The notes under the pieces are model-generated. The model was not told where the DNA came from. It searched no databases and saw only the letters and a program-made list of their open reading frames with translations. Source: Bacteroidales bacterium (lineage in GTDB: Bacteria > Bacteroidota > Bacteroidia > Bacteroidales > UBA3824). From it: 64,000 nucleotides of DNA. The DNA is taken from assembly GCA_045597465.1 (NCBI GenBank), contig JAZLKG010000086.1, positions 2,994-66,993 of the forward strand. Direction: 5' to 3'. The position numbers and the translations under genes were made by a program. Below are positions 52,231 through 61,400 of the stretch, piece after piece (position 1 is the first letter of the stretch; every line of letters starts with the position of its first letter).

Positions 52231-53061
52231 TCAGTCCTTCTTCTCCACTTTCTTTCCCTGCATCTCCAGCAGTTTCTCCATCTTGGCGTTCATTTCGGCT
52301 ATCTGGGATTTCAGGTCGCGGATGTCCTCTTTCATGTCGTCGTTGTTGTCGGCCACCATCTCGTCCACGAATACCGAGTTTATCAGCGACATGCCTATAA
52401 CGCCGCCAAGTATCAGCAGCATGGCGAAAAAGAAACGCACAAAACCCGACGCCAGCTCCGACACCCGGTCGGCTATCGTGTCTGGTATCTCGTACCAGCC
52501 CTCTATAGTGAACAGCCTGAATATAGTGAACACGCTGGCAAAGGGGTCGCCGAAATACTCCGGGGCCGATTCCCTGAACAGCGAGCAGCACAGCAGGGCT
52601 ATCACAAGTATTATGACGCCGAAACTGGCAAACAGGCCCGAGCACTTGCGCAGTGCGTTCAAGAAGTTCCTGCCTATCACCTTTAGGTCCTTGAAGGCCT
52701 TCAGAATCCTGAAAACCCTGAATATCCTGAGTACCCTGAGCACCATGAGCACCGATCCGCCCAAGGATCCGAAAATCAGCTTGCCGGCTATTATGCCGAC
52801 GGCAAGTATCACCAGAGTGCCGTCAAATACATTGGTCCAGTCGCTCCAGTATCCCTTGAGGCCCAGGCTCATGTGTTTGGCTATCATCTCTAGCAGGAAT
52901 ATCAGTGTGCAGGCCATGTTCAGCATCGTTATGCTCCAGTGGCTGATTTCGAATTCCTGTATTATCACCTGTATGGTAAACAGGCCTATCACGCTCAGGA
53001 TGAATGTGTCGTTGGTGAAAATCCTCACAAACAGCGAATCTCTCTTTCCGGTGTTTTCCAT
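52231..53061 (-). CDS. Voltage-gated ion channel (BacNav-like ion transporter)
   Basis: 6 TM helices; S4 LRVLRIFRVFRILK; filter FTIEGW; C-terminal coiled coil. Confidence 0.85.
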   Translation of the reverse strand: MENTGKRDSLFVRIFTNDTFILSVIGLFTIQVIIQEFEISHWSITMLNMACTLIFLLEMIAKHMSLGLKGYWSDWTNVFDGTLVILAVGIIAGKLIFGSLGGSVLMVLRVLRIFRVFRILKAFKDLKVIGRNFLNALRKCSGLFASFGVIILVIALLCCSLFRESAPEYFGDPFASVFTIFRLFTIEGWYEIPDTIADRVSELASGFVRFFFAMLLILGGVIGMSLINSVFVDEMVADNNDDMKEDIRDLKSQIAEMNAKMEKLLEMQGKKVEKKD

Positions 53062-53236
53062 TTGTAGTATGCGGTGTTTTTGTTTCTATTATCTAGGCGC
53101 AAATATAGCAAAAAATACTTGCAGCGCATGCATCTGGATGCAAAAAAAATGCCGCGGACAATTCTCACGAACTCCGCGGCGATGATTTGGATTGATTTTA
53201 ATAATGATATTGATTTGTATTTGACTGTCGTAGTTG

Positions 53237-53671
53237 TTAGTATCTTACATAGAAGTAAATAGGCTCGGTCTCAAGGATAGTCTCCTGGTCGTTGTCCTCG
53301 TCGAGCAGGGCAAAGTAAACATAGTTGGTGGCGTCCGATGCTGTGCTCTGGCTTATCACGCTGTAAGGCATGTACATGTCGCAAGTGTAGTTTTTGTTGG
53401 CCTGTACGTTGAAAGGACCACCATAGCATATGAGGTTGCCATCGCCGTCGTCGAAGTTCTCGTCGTTGGCTGGAAGAGGGTCGCCGTTGGCATCAATGAA
53501 AATTGCAAGCAGAGATACCTGGCCGCCCTGGTTGAGTGCGTAGTTGCAGGTGAGTTTCATGCAGTTTCTGCCGTGAGAGTCCTTTACGTTGTGGGTGATT
53601 GTCATCGACTGTGCGAACGATGCTGCCGAGCAGATGAGCGCAAGTATCAGGGTGAATATCAATTTTCTCAT
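53237..53671 (-). CDS. Secreted hypothetical protein
   Basis: Signal peptide MRKLIFTLILALICSAASFA. Confidence 0.65.
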   Translation of the reverse strand: MRKLIFTLILALICSAASFAQSMTITHNVKDSHGRNCMKLTCNYALNQGGQVSLLAIFIDANGDPLPANDENFDDGDGNLICYGGPFNVQANKNYTCDMYMPYSVISQSTASDATNYVYFALLDEDNDQETILETEPIYFYVRY

Positions 53672-53840
53672 GTTTTTTTAAGTTTTTAGTTTATATACTG
53701 ATTTTTTTTTCTTCGTTCGCCTGTTTGATGCAGACCCACCGCTTTTTCCATAAATCTTTTTGGTGTTTTTTTCTGATGCTGCCTTTCTTGTGTGTCAATC
53801 TGCTGTAACACAAAATGTTGCGAAAATGCAAAAATCAGCA

Positions 53841-53887
53841 AAAAAAATGGGTGCCATGGATTTGCTGCAATCCATGGCACCCAAAAA
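53841..53887 (-). terminator. Intrinsic terminator
   Basis: tgggtgccatggatt...aatccatggcaccca with a T-run on the minus strand. Confidence 0.75.
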
Positions 53888-53916
53888 TCTTTTCTGGCGT
53901 ATAGCATTGCTATGTT

Positions 53917-54891
53917 TTATTCCACCCTGAAGCCGGCCAGCGATAGGTCGTCTATCTGCTTGTGGCCCTCCACCCAGTCGTATACAATCTTGTGGATTGT
54001 CTCCTTCTGCTCCTGGCATGGCTTGTCCGATACATCCTCCATCATCTTCATGAGCCTCTTGTGGGAGAATTTGGCTCCGTCGGGGCCTCCAAACTGGCTC
54101 TGCAGGCTGTCGGTAGATAGGTATACCATGTCGCCGGGCTCCACAGAGTCCTCCTTCTGGTCGAATGGCAGGTTGCCCTTTATGTACCAGCCCACGGGAT
54201 ACTTGTTGCCGTATATCACCCGCGCCTGGCCGTTGTGGCAGATATAGAGGTTCTGGTCGGCGCCGGCAAAATATATCCTCTTGCCGTCCTTGCCGAGCGC
54301 CACCAGGGTCATGTTCATTCCGTCGTTCACATTGCTGGACGCGCCGTGGCTAAGGGCCTGTATCACATTGTCGCGCATGTGCTCCAGCATGGCGGCCAGG
54401 TCTATGTGGGTGTCGCGGTAGTGGAGCGATATCTGCTCGTTTATGAGCGCTATGCCCAGCATGGAGAGGAAGCCTCCGGGCACTCCGCATCCGGCGCAGT
54501 CGGCCAATACGAATATCCTGAAGTGCTCCATGCGGGCGGCCTTGTAGAAATCGCCGCTTACTATGCTGTGGGTCTTGGTGAATATGAAGGCGTCGGCAAA
54601 CACTCCATACAGCTCCTGGTCCTGTGTGAATGATGCCGTCTGTATTCTCCTGGCCCTGCGGATGCTCGCGAGCTGGTCGTCGCGCATCTGCTGTATCTTG
54701 TCCTGATGCCTCAGCAGTGCCTCTTTCTTGTATTCCACGTCCTGGCGCACCTCGTCAATCTTTTTCTCCATGTATTGCAGCCTGGAGTCCATTATGCCGA
54801 GCTGCTTCTGGCTTTTGGCCTCTGATGCCTTCCTGTATATGTGTGCCCCGGCCAGCGCCAGCAGCGATATCGCGAGTATCAAGATTCCCAT
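53917..54891 (-). CDS. SpoIIE/PP2C-family protein with degenerate motifs
   Basis: TM helix + coiled coil; VSGDFY, ADCAGCGVPGG, STDSLQSQFGG, IDD. Confidence 0.8.
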   Translation of the reverse strand: MGILILAISLLALAGAHIYRKASEAKSQKQLGIMDSRLQYMEKKIDEVRQDVEYKKEALLRHQDKIQQMRDDQLASIRRARRIQTASFTQDQELYGVFADAFIFTKTHSIVSGDFYKAARMEHFRIFVLADCAGCGVPGGFLSMLGIALINEQISLHYRDTHIDLAAMLEHMRDNVIQALSHGASSNVNDGMNMTLVALGKDGKRIYFAGADQNLYICHNGQARVIYGNKYPVGWYIKGNLPFDQKEDSVEPGDMVYLSTDSLQSQFGGPDGAKFSHKRLMKMMEDVSDKPCQEQKETIHKIVYDWVEGHKQIDDLSLAGFRVE

Positions 54892-54921
54892 TTTTCTGTC
54901 GTTGTAGTTGGTTGGTTTTTG

Positions 54922-55917
54922 CTATTGTATCTTAATGCCTATCAGGGTCTGGTCGTCCACCTGCTCATATCCGCGTTTCCAGTCGTTGATGGCCCTGGAT
55001 ATGCATTCGTGCTGCTGCTCTATTGGTTTTTCCATGTGTTCCCGGAGCAGGGCCGCCAGTCTCTTGGTCAGGTATTTGCAGTCGTCGGGGCCGCCTATCT
55101 GGTCCTGCACTCCGTCGCTGCAGAAATAGAGCATGTCGCCGGGTTTCAGCATCAGCGATTTCTCCTCGAATGGCTTGTCCTGGTTGGGATGTCGGCCAAT
55201 GGGCATGCGGTCGCCCTTCAGCTTCTCTATCTCGCCGTCGCGGCCCAGGTATATGTTGTGGTCGGCCAGCGAGAATGTCATCATCCTCCTGTCGGATGAT
55301 ATCGCCGCCATGGTCATGTCCATTCCGTCCGACACTTCCATGGCGCCCTCGCCCTCGTCCTCTATGGCGCTGGCCAGCGACCTTATCACGAAATCCCTCA
55401 TCTTGTCCAGTATCTCGCCGGTGGGCATCTTGGTGTGGCTGTAGTATTTGGGCAGCAGGTCCCTGAGGCCGGCCATGCCGAGCATGGACAGGAAGCCTCC
55501 CGGCACTCCGTGGCCCGTGCAGTCGGCCACTATTATCATGGTGTGGTTTTCCAGCTGGAATATGTTGTAGAAGTCGCCGCTCACTATGTCCTTGGGCTCG
55601 AAATACACGAAGCACTCGCCGAATATTTTCCTGAGTCTCTGGGGACTGGGTATCAGCGATCTCTGTATGCCCTCGGCGTAGTGGATGGATATGGTGGTCT
55701 GTTCGGTCTCGCGGGCTATCTGCTGCTCCTGCTGCTCCATCTGCTCGTGCTGTGTGGCAGATTCGGCCTCCAGGTCGTCTATCTCTTTCTGCAGCTGGGC
55801 TGCGCGGGCGTTCTTGCGCTCTATGGTGTCCATGTCGCTGCGGCGGGCGTCCAGGGTCTTCCATATTGTGGTGGCCGCGCCCAGCAGCGCTATTATCGCT
55901 ATTGCTATCGCAAACAT
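54922..55917 (-). CDS. SpoIIE/PP2C-family phosphatase
   Basis: TM helix + coiled coil; VSGDFY, ADCTGHGVPGG, SDGVQDQIGG, VDD. Confidence 0.88.
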   Translation of the reverse strand: MFAIAIAIIALLGAATTIWKTLDARRSDMDTIERKNARAAQLQKEIDDLEAESATQHEQMEQQEQQIARETEQTTISIHYAEGIQRSLIPSPQRLRKIFGECFVYFEPKDIVSGDFYNIFQLENHTMIIVADCTGHGVPGGFLSMLGMAGLRDLLPKYYSHTKMPTGEILDKMRDFVIRSLASAIEDEGEGAMEVSDGMDMTMAAISSDRRMMTFSLADHNIYLGRDGEIEKLKGDRMPIGRHPNQDKPFEEKSLMLKPGDMLYFCSDGVQDQIGGPDDCKYLTKRLAALLREHMEKPIEQQHECISRAINDWKRGYEQVDDQTLIGIKIQ

Positions 55918-56021
55918 TGTTGTTGGTATTTTGTATTGGTAATTTTACGTTTTTCCATTACAAATTTTTTGCCAATTAGTGTGTTGTTGGTAATTTTGCG
56001 GTCTGTAATATAAAATTTACC

Positions 56022-56753
56022 ATGGATTCAACATTCTGTGTGCTTTTGCTGCTGCTGGCCATGTCGGGGTCTTTTATCCAGAGGGTCTGCGGTTTTGGGT
56101 TCGGCATCTTTATCATGACCATGCTTCCGTATCTGATGCCCACGTATCAGGAGGCTACGGCCCTTAGCGGCCTTCTCAGCCTGCTGCAGAGCGGTGTGGT
56201 GCTGTGTGGCATGTGGCGTCATCTCCACTGGCGCAATCTTGTGGGCATATTCCTGTCGTTCTGCGTGTTCTCGCTGCTGGCCATCAGGCTGGTGAGCGTG
56301 TCGGGCGATGCTGTCCTGAAGGTTTACCTGGGTGTGGTGCTGATACTTCTGGGCCTGTATTTTCTGCTCTTCAGCAGCCGTGTGGCAGTGCGTCCCTCTG
56401 TGGGATGGCAGGTGTCGCTGGGAGCTCTGTCGGGCGCCATGGGCGGGCTGTTTGGCATGCACGGCCCGGCCGCGGTGGTCTATTTCCTGAACAGCGAGCC
56501 TTCCAAGGAGGGCTATATGGCGATATGCCAGGCTTATTTCGTGGCCACCAATCTCTATATGACCATATTCAGGGCCGGCAGCGGTTTCGTGACCCCGTTG
56601 GTGGGCTGGGGCGTTGTGGTGTCGCTGCTGGGCATCGGGGTGGGGGTGTGGCTGGGGGGCAAGGTTTTCAGCCTGATACCTCAGTCCACCCTGAAGCGGA
56701 TCATCTATTTCTACATGATGGCGGCAGGTGTTGTGGCCATTGTGATGCGTTAG
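56022..56753 (+). CDS. TauE/SafE family membrane exporter
   Basis: GFGFGIF, GAMGGLFGMHGP, ~8 TM helices. Confidence 0.85.
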   Translation: MDSTFCVLLLLLAMSGSFIQRVCGFGFGIFIMTMLPYLMPTYQEATALSGLLSLLQSGVVLCGMWRHLHWRNLVGIFLSFCVFSLLAIRLVSVSGDAVLKVYLGVVLILLGLYFLLFSSRVAVRPSVGWQVSLGALSGAMGGLFGMHGPAAVVYFLNSEPSKEGYMAICQAYFVATNLYMTIFRAGSGFVTPLVGWGVVVSLLGIGVGVWLGGKVFSLIPQSTLKRIIYFYMMAAGVVAIVMR

Positions 56754-56770
56754 CTGCCGCCTTGGGGTGC

Positions 56771-56817
56771 AAAAAAAATCCCCGCGCCATCCATGGTGGT
56801 TGGTGCGGGGATTTTTG
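56771..56817. terminator. Bidirectional terminator
   Basis: aaaaatccccgcgcca...tggtgcggggattttt. Confidence 0.75.
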
Positions 56818-56819
56818 TG

Positions 56820-58400
56820 TTATTCGCGTATCAGCTCGGCCCTGCGGTTCTTGGCCCTGTTGCGCTCCGATGTGTTAGGCACCAGAGGCTCCTTCCACCA
56901 TACGCTCTCGCATCGTATCTGGTCGGGGCGGGCGCCGTTTTGCAGCATCTTGTCGCGCATGGCCTCGGCTCTCTCGAGTCCCAGCTTCTGGTTCTGCTCC
57001 AGGGTGCCCAGGTCGCATGTGTGGCCCTTTATCAGCACTTTTATGTCGCTGTACATGCCCATGAGCTCGCTGAGCTTCTTTATGGCCTTTTCGGTATCGC
57101 GGCTGCCCAGGATGTGGCTCTTGCTCAGGCTGCAGTAGTTCTGGTTTATCTGTACTATGAGGCGGGCTATCTCGTCCACGGCCTGCTGTGGAGCTGTTCC
57201 CAGAGTGTCGGCGGCCACCACAATGGCAGCGGCGGTGTCGGTTTGCGGAATGTCGGGAGTGTTCTGGTTGGCTATGGCATCCAGCGAGTCTTTCATGCGC
57301 TGCTGCCTGATGCGCTCCTGTTCTCCGGCTTCCAGGCGCTGCCTCTCGCGCTCGGCGCTGTCGGCCTCCATGCGGCGCTGCTCCATCTCGTTGAAGTCGC
57401 TGCGGCGTATGCGCTTGAACTCGTATTCATCCACGTCGCGCAGGTGGCGGCGCTGCTGGTACTCCTGGAACTTTATCTTGGCCTCCTTGTTGAGCCTGTA
57501 TCTGATTCCCAGCTGCACTCCCAGGCTCAAGTCCCTGAGCTGTGGCGATACTCCAGAGTTCAGCATGCCGTTGTAGTCCATGCCGGGGCTGGTGTATGTC
57601 TGTCCGTCCCTGGAGGTGTAGAGCATCTGTTCCGATTTCTCGGGCATGGGTGTGAGCCTGTAGCTGCCCTCCACTGCCAGATAGGCGTCCAGGCGTGGGT
57701 TTATGGCGTAGAGCAGTCCCAGCTCGCCTGTTATGGACAGGTTGGGGTTGAATGTGTATTTGCCCTTCATGCTTTCCCTCTGGCTGAAGATGTTGTCGTG
57801 GTGGTCCACGTCGCCTATCTCGAGGTCGTATTGTCCGTAATACTCGCGGGTTTCCAGCCATCCGCTGGTCTGGTAGCTGGCCTTGGGGTAGAATGTCATC
57901 ATGGCGCCGCCGGCCATGTAGAGTTTCCAGCTGATGCCCAGGTTGGTCTGGTAGTATATCATTGCCGGCACCGACAGGGCGTGTATCCTGGTTTTCTCGC
58001 TGAAGTCGTGGAACACTGTGCGGTGCTCGTAGTTTTCCACCGGCAGCAGGATGCCCTCTGGGGCGTCCACTCCCGATATTGTCTGGGTGTATTGGCCCAG
58101 GGGTATGCTGTCCAGCCGCGCTATGCTGTAGCGCAGGCCCAGCCCTATGCCCAGGTGGTTGGTTATGTAGTGCTGGTAGCCTATGCGGAAGTTTCCGCCC
58201 CACCTGCTGTCCTTGTATCCTGTGGGGCCGCCGCTTATGCCCTGGTTCATGAGTCCGCCGTCTATGGTTACATAGTCGCCGTCGTGGCATCCGAAGTAGT
58301 ACATGATGTCCACTTCCTTGTTTACCTTCTGTCCCTGGGCCGCACCGCATGTCAGCAGTATCAGCATCAGCGACAGTGCTATGCTATATTGTTTTCTCAT
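56820..58400 (-). CDS. Beta-barrel + OmpA C-terminal domain protein
   Basis: Signal peptide, beta strands, GHTCDLG...LGLERA...NRRAEL. Confidence 0.82.
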   Translation of the reverse strand: MRKQYSIALSLMLILLTCGAAQGQKVNKEVDIMYYFGCHDGDYVTIDGGLMNQGISGGPTGYKDSRWGGNFRIGYQHYITNHLGIGLGLRYSIARLDSIPLGQYTQTISGVDAPEGILLPVENYEHRTVFHDFSEKTRIHALSVPAMIYYQTNLGISWKLYMAGGAMMTFYPKASYQTSGWLETREYYGQYDLEIGDVDHHDNIFSQRESMKGKYTFNPNLSITGELGLLYAINPRLDAYLAVEGSYRLTPMPEKSEQMLYTSRDGQTYTSPGMDYNGMLNSGVSPQLRDLSLGVQLGIRYRLNKEAKIKFQEYQQRRHLRDVDEYEFKRIRRSDFNEMEQRRMEADSAERERQRLEAGEQERIRQQRMKDSLDAIANQNTPDIPQTDTAAAIVVAADTLGTAPQQAVDEIARLIVQINQNYCSLSKSHILGSRDTEKAIKKLSELMGMYSDIKVLIKGHTCDLGTLEQNQKLGLERAEAMRDKMLQNGARPDQIRCESVWWKEPLVPNTSERNRAKNRRAELIRE

Positions 58401-58419
58401 CTTGTTTTTTATTGTTGTA

Positions 58420-61400
58420 CTATTCCACTATTATCTTGAACGAAGCCTTGCCGCCGTTGCTTACCGCCTGGCCGCTGTATGATCCCGATGGCAGCCATGT
58501 GTGTGCTGTTCCCTGGCTGGCGTCCAGTGTGCGTATCAGGGTGCCCATGTTGTTGTAGATATACACCTGGCAGCTGCCCGGGGCCGCGTTGTGGATCTCT
58601 ATGGTGATCTCCTGGCCGGCCTGAGCGGGGTTGGGGTATACGCTTGCGCCCATGCTGGCGGTTTTCTGCAGGCTGATGCCCTCTATCTCGGCGGGGCATA
58701 CGTGCATTGTGTTGCCATTGAGGTCGGTGACATCGGCGGTGTAGCCCTTGGTGATGCGTGGCCATTCCTGGAGGTACTGCAGGGTGTCGCCTTCCAGTTT
58801 TACGCCGTTCTTGTACCACTGGTAGCTTGTGTAGCTGCCCTCGCTGTTGTCTATGAAGATGATGTCGTTGTAGAGCAGTTTCATCTTGTCGCTCGATACG
58901 TTTACGTTCACCGAAATCTCCTGAGGGTTGGTCTCCACGCCCTCTTCCTCGGCAAATACTATGCTTACGGTGTTGGCGCCCTCATGGAATGTGCCTTCCT
59001 CCACTGGAATCGAGATTGTGCCCGTGCTGCCGCTGCCTTCAAGGTTCTTGTACTCGCCGTTGCCGGCCTTGTATCTGGCTGGCATCTGGCCGTCGGTGAA
59101 TGCGAGTTGTATCTCGGCTGTCTGGCCGTAGCAGTAGTATGGGCTGCTCTCTTGCTGGAAATTCACCTCAAGCGCTGTTGCTGCGGCGCTTATGGTTACT
59201 GGGTCGGCGTCATAATTGTTGTTTTCCTCTATCGAGATTGTGATGCTGAAGCTGCCTTCCTTTGTGGCGGTTATGTCCAGTCCATCTATCTGCAGTCCGT
59301 TGTCGGCGCATGTGGCGGTTATCTTGGGGGCCGATGTGCCGTCCAATATCTGGTCGCTGTCCAGTGTTGCCTCAATGGTCTTGCTGCGTCCGCGGGTAAG
59401 GCTTATGTTGCTTTCTGATGCCGATATCGACAGCTTGCGCTTTTGGATATTCCAGCTGTCTTTGGTGGCTTCTGCAGTTACAGTGGCGTAGTAGTCGGTG
59501 TTGCTTGGGGTAAACTTTACAGTAACACCCTCTATCTTGCCTGTCACGATGTCGCTGGTCTGCAGGTTGTCTGCGTATACTATCTCGAATTTGCCATCCA
59601 CGTTGGCGGTTCCTGATACTTTGAAGTCGCCGAGCTTGTCGCCGTAGGTGCCTGATATCATCACATTGCTGATCTCTGGCTTGCCCTTTACTATAAAATC
59701 CAGGTTGGCGGGTTCAGAGTAGTTGGCGGCCTGGTCTATGGCTTGTGCTTTTATGGAGTACTTGCCTGGAGTATCTATGGTTATGGATGCTGTGCTTTTT
59801 TCAGTTGAAACTGTTATGATTTTGCCATTGTTGAGGCTGTACTCGATGGCATTTACGCCAGAGGTCTTGTCGCTGCCTGTGAATGTTACAGTGTACACGG
59901 TCTCGTCGTCGTTGTTTGGCTTGGCCTCTATTTCAATGCTTGGATCATCGTTGTCGATAATGTTGGTCGGGATGCTTCCTACAGTAACGCCGTCAGCTGT
60001 TATCAGAAGTTTGTCTTCCGATTCCTCTCCTTTGATTTCGAAACCTTTCTTTTCTTCTGTGCCATTGGTTGCAGCATATCCTTTAATGTTTATCCAGCAG
60101 TCCAAGTTGTCAAAGTCGGTTTTTGAGAGTAACAGTTCTCCTGTTGTAACCTCCAATGTCTTGTATTTCACAATAACATCAAGCAGCTCGTAGTTGATGG
60201 TTTGGCTAACGCCCTTGTAAGATTCGCCTTCTGGTAGGGTGTATTTTATCTGCCACTTGCCCAGCTGGCCATTGTATTTCAAGTATTCTCTGGCGCTGCC
60301 GTCGCTAAGAGTCTCTCTGGTGTATGCCGGCAATGTGGCAAGGTTTACTGGACCATCGTCCACTACTACTTGGCGGCTTACATTGGTTAGGTCTATGTCG
60401 GGATCCGACAATTGTGGCATTATGTTGGGAATGTCGGCGATCTCGCTTCCTGCAAAGTGGTAAACAACATCTTTGTCTATGTCGAATCCCTCAAGACTTG
60501 GGAAACTTATTGAGACTGTCTCTTTTTCGAGTTTATCCACAGACTTTGTTTCAGAGTGACTCTCGTCATTTTTGCAATAGCGTGTTTCCTCGCCTTCTTC
60601 TGTGTATGTAGCTTTCTTGGTGGTTGTCCATTCTCCCCAGGAGTGCCCCAAGGCATTGATATCCTCTTGTTCTTCTAATACTTTATTGCATACTGAGCAA
60701 TAGCTGCCAGCAGTTTTTCCCTTGGCTTCGCATGTCGCGGGAATGGCTTCGCTGTCTACAGGATCGTGGCCCTTTACTTTTACAAGTACTGTTGACTCCA
60801 CATTTTTGTAGGTTTGGGTATCAGGATTGTATATCACTGATATGTTGCCTTCTTGGCCTGGATCAGGAGTTTGTGCGTCTTTTGCAAAATTGCAGTATTC
60901 AGGCAATGTGGCATTATTCAAAGTCTGGGCACAAGTCAGTTCTATCTCTGTGATTTCTTTCATGAACATGCCGGTAACAGTGATGTTTCCAGCAGGCATA
61001 GTTTCAGGCAGATTGTTGCTCCAGCCGCTGAATAAGTATCCTTGCTCTGTTGGAGTGGCTATTGAGGGTACAGATGCGCCATACTTAGCTTTTGATTCTG
61101 TGTATTTTACTCCATCTACTAAGTATGTGATAGTGATTTCCTTTACTTCCCATACTGCCGCAAGTGCCATGTTGCCAAAGGTGATTGTTTCCACCTTTTG
61201 GGCATTATTGTCATACCAGCCCAGGAAGTTGTAGCCGCTGCGGGTTGGGGTAGGCAATTTAATTGTGTTGGCGTTCAATACAGTGTACTTTATTGTATTT
61301 TCGCCATCAGCAAGACTGCCTCCATTTGGAGATAGTGTTATGGTATATTCTATTGGATCGCTCCACTCGGCGGTGAAGGTCTTGTCGCCTGTTGAGCCCT

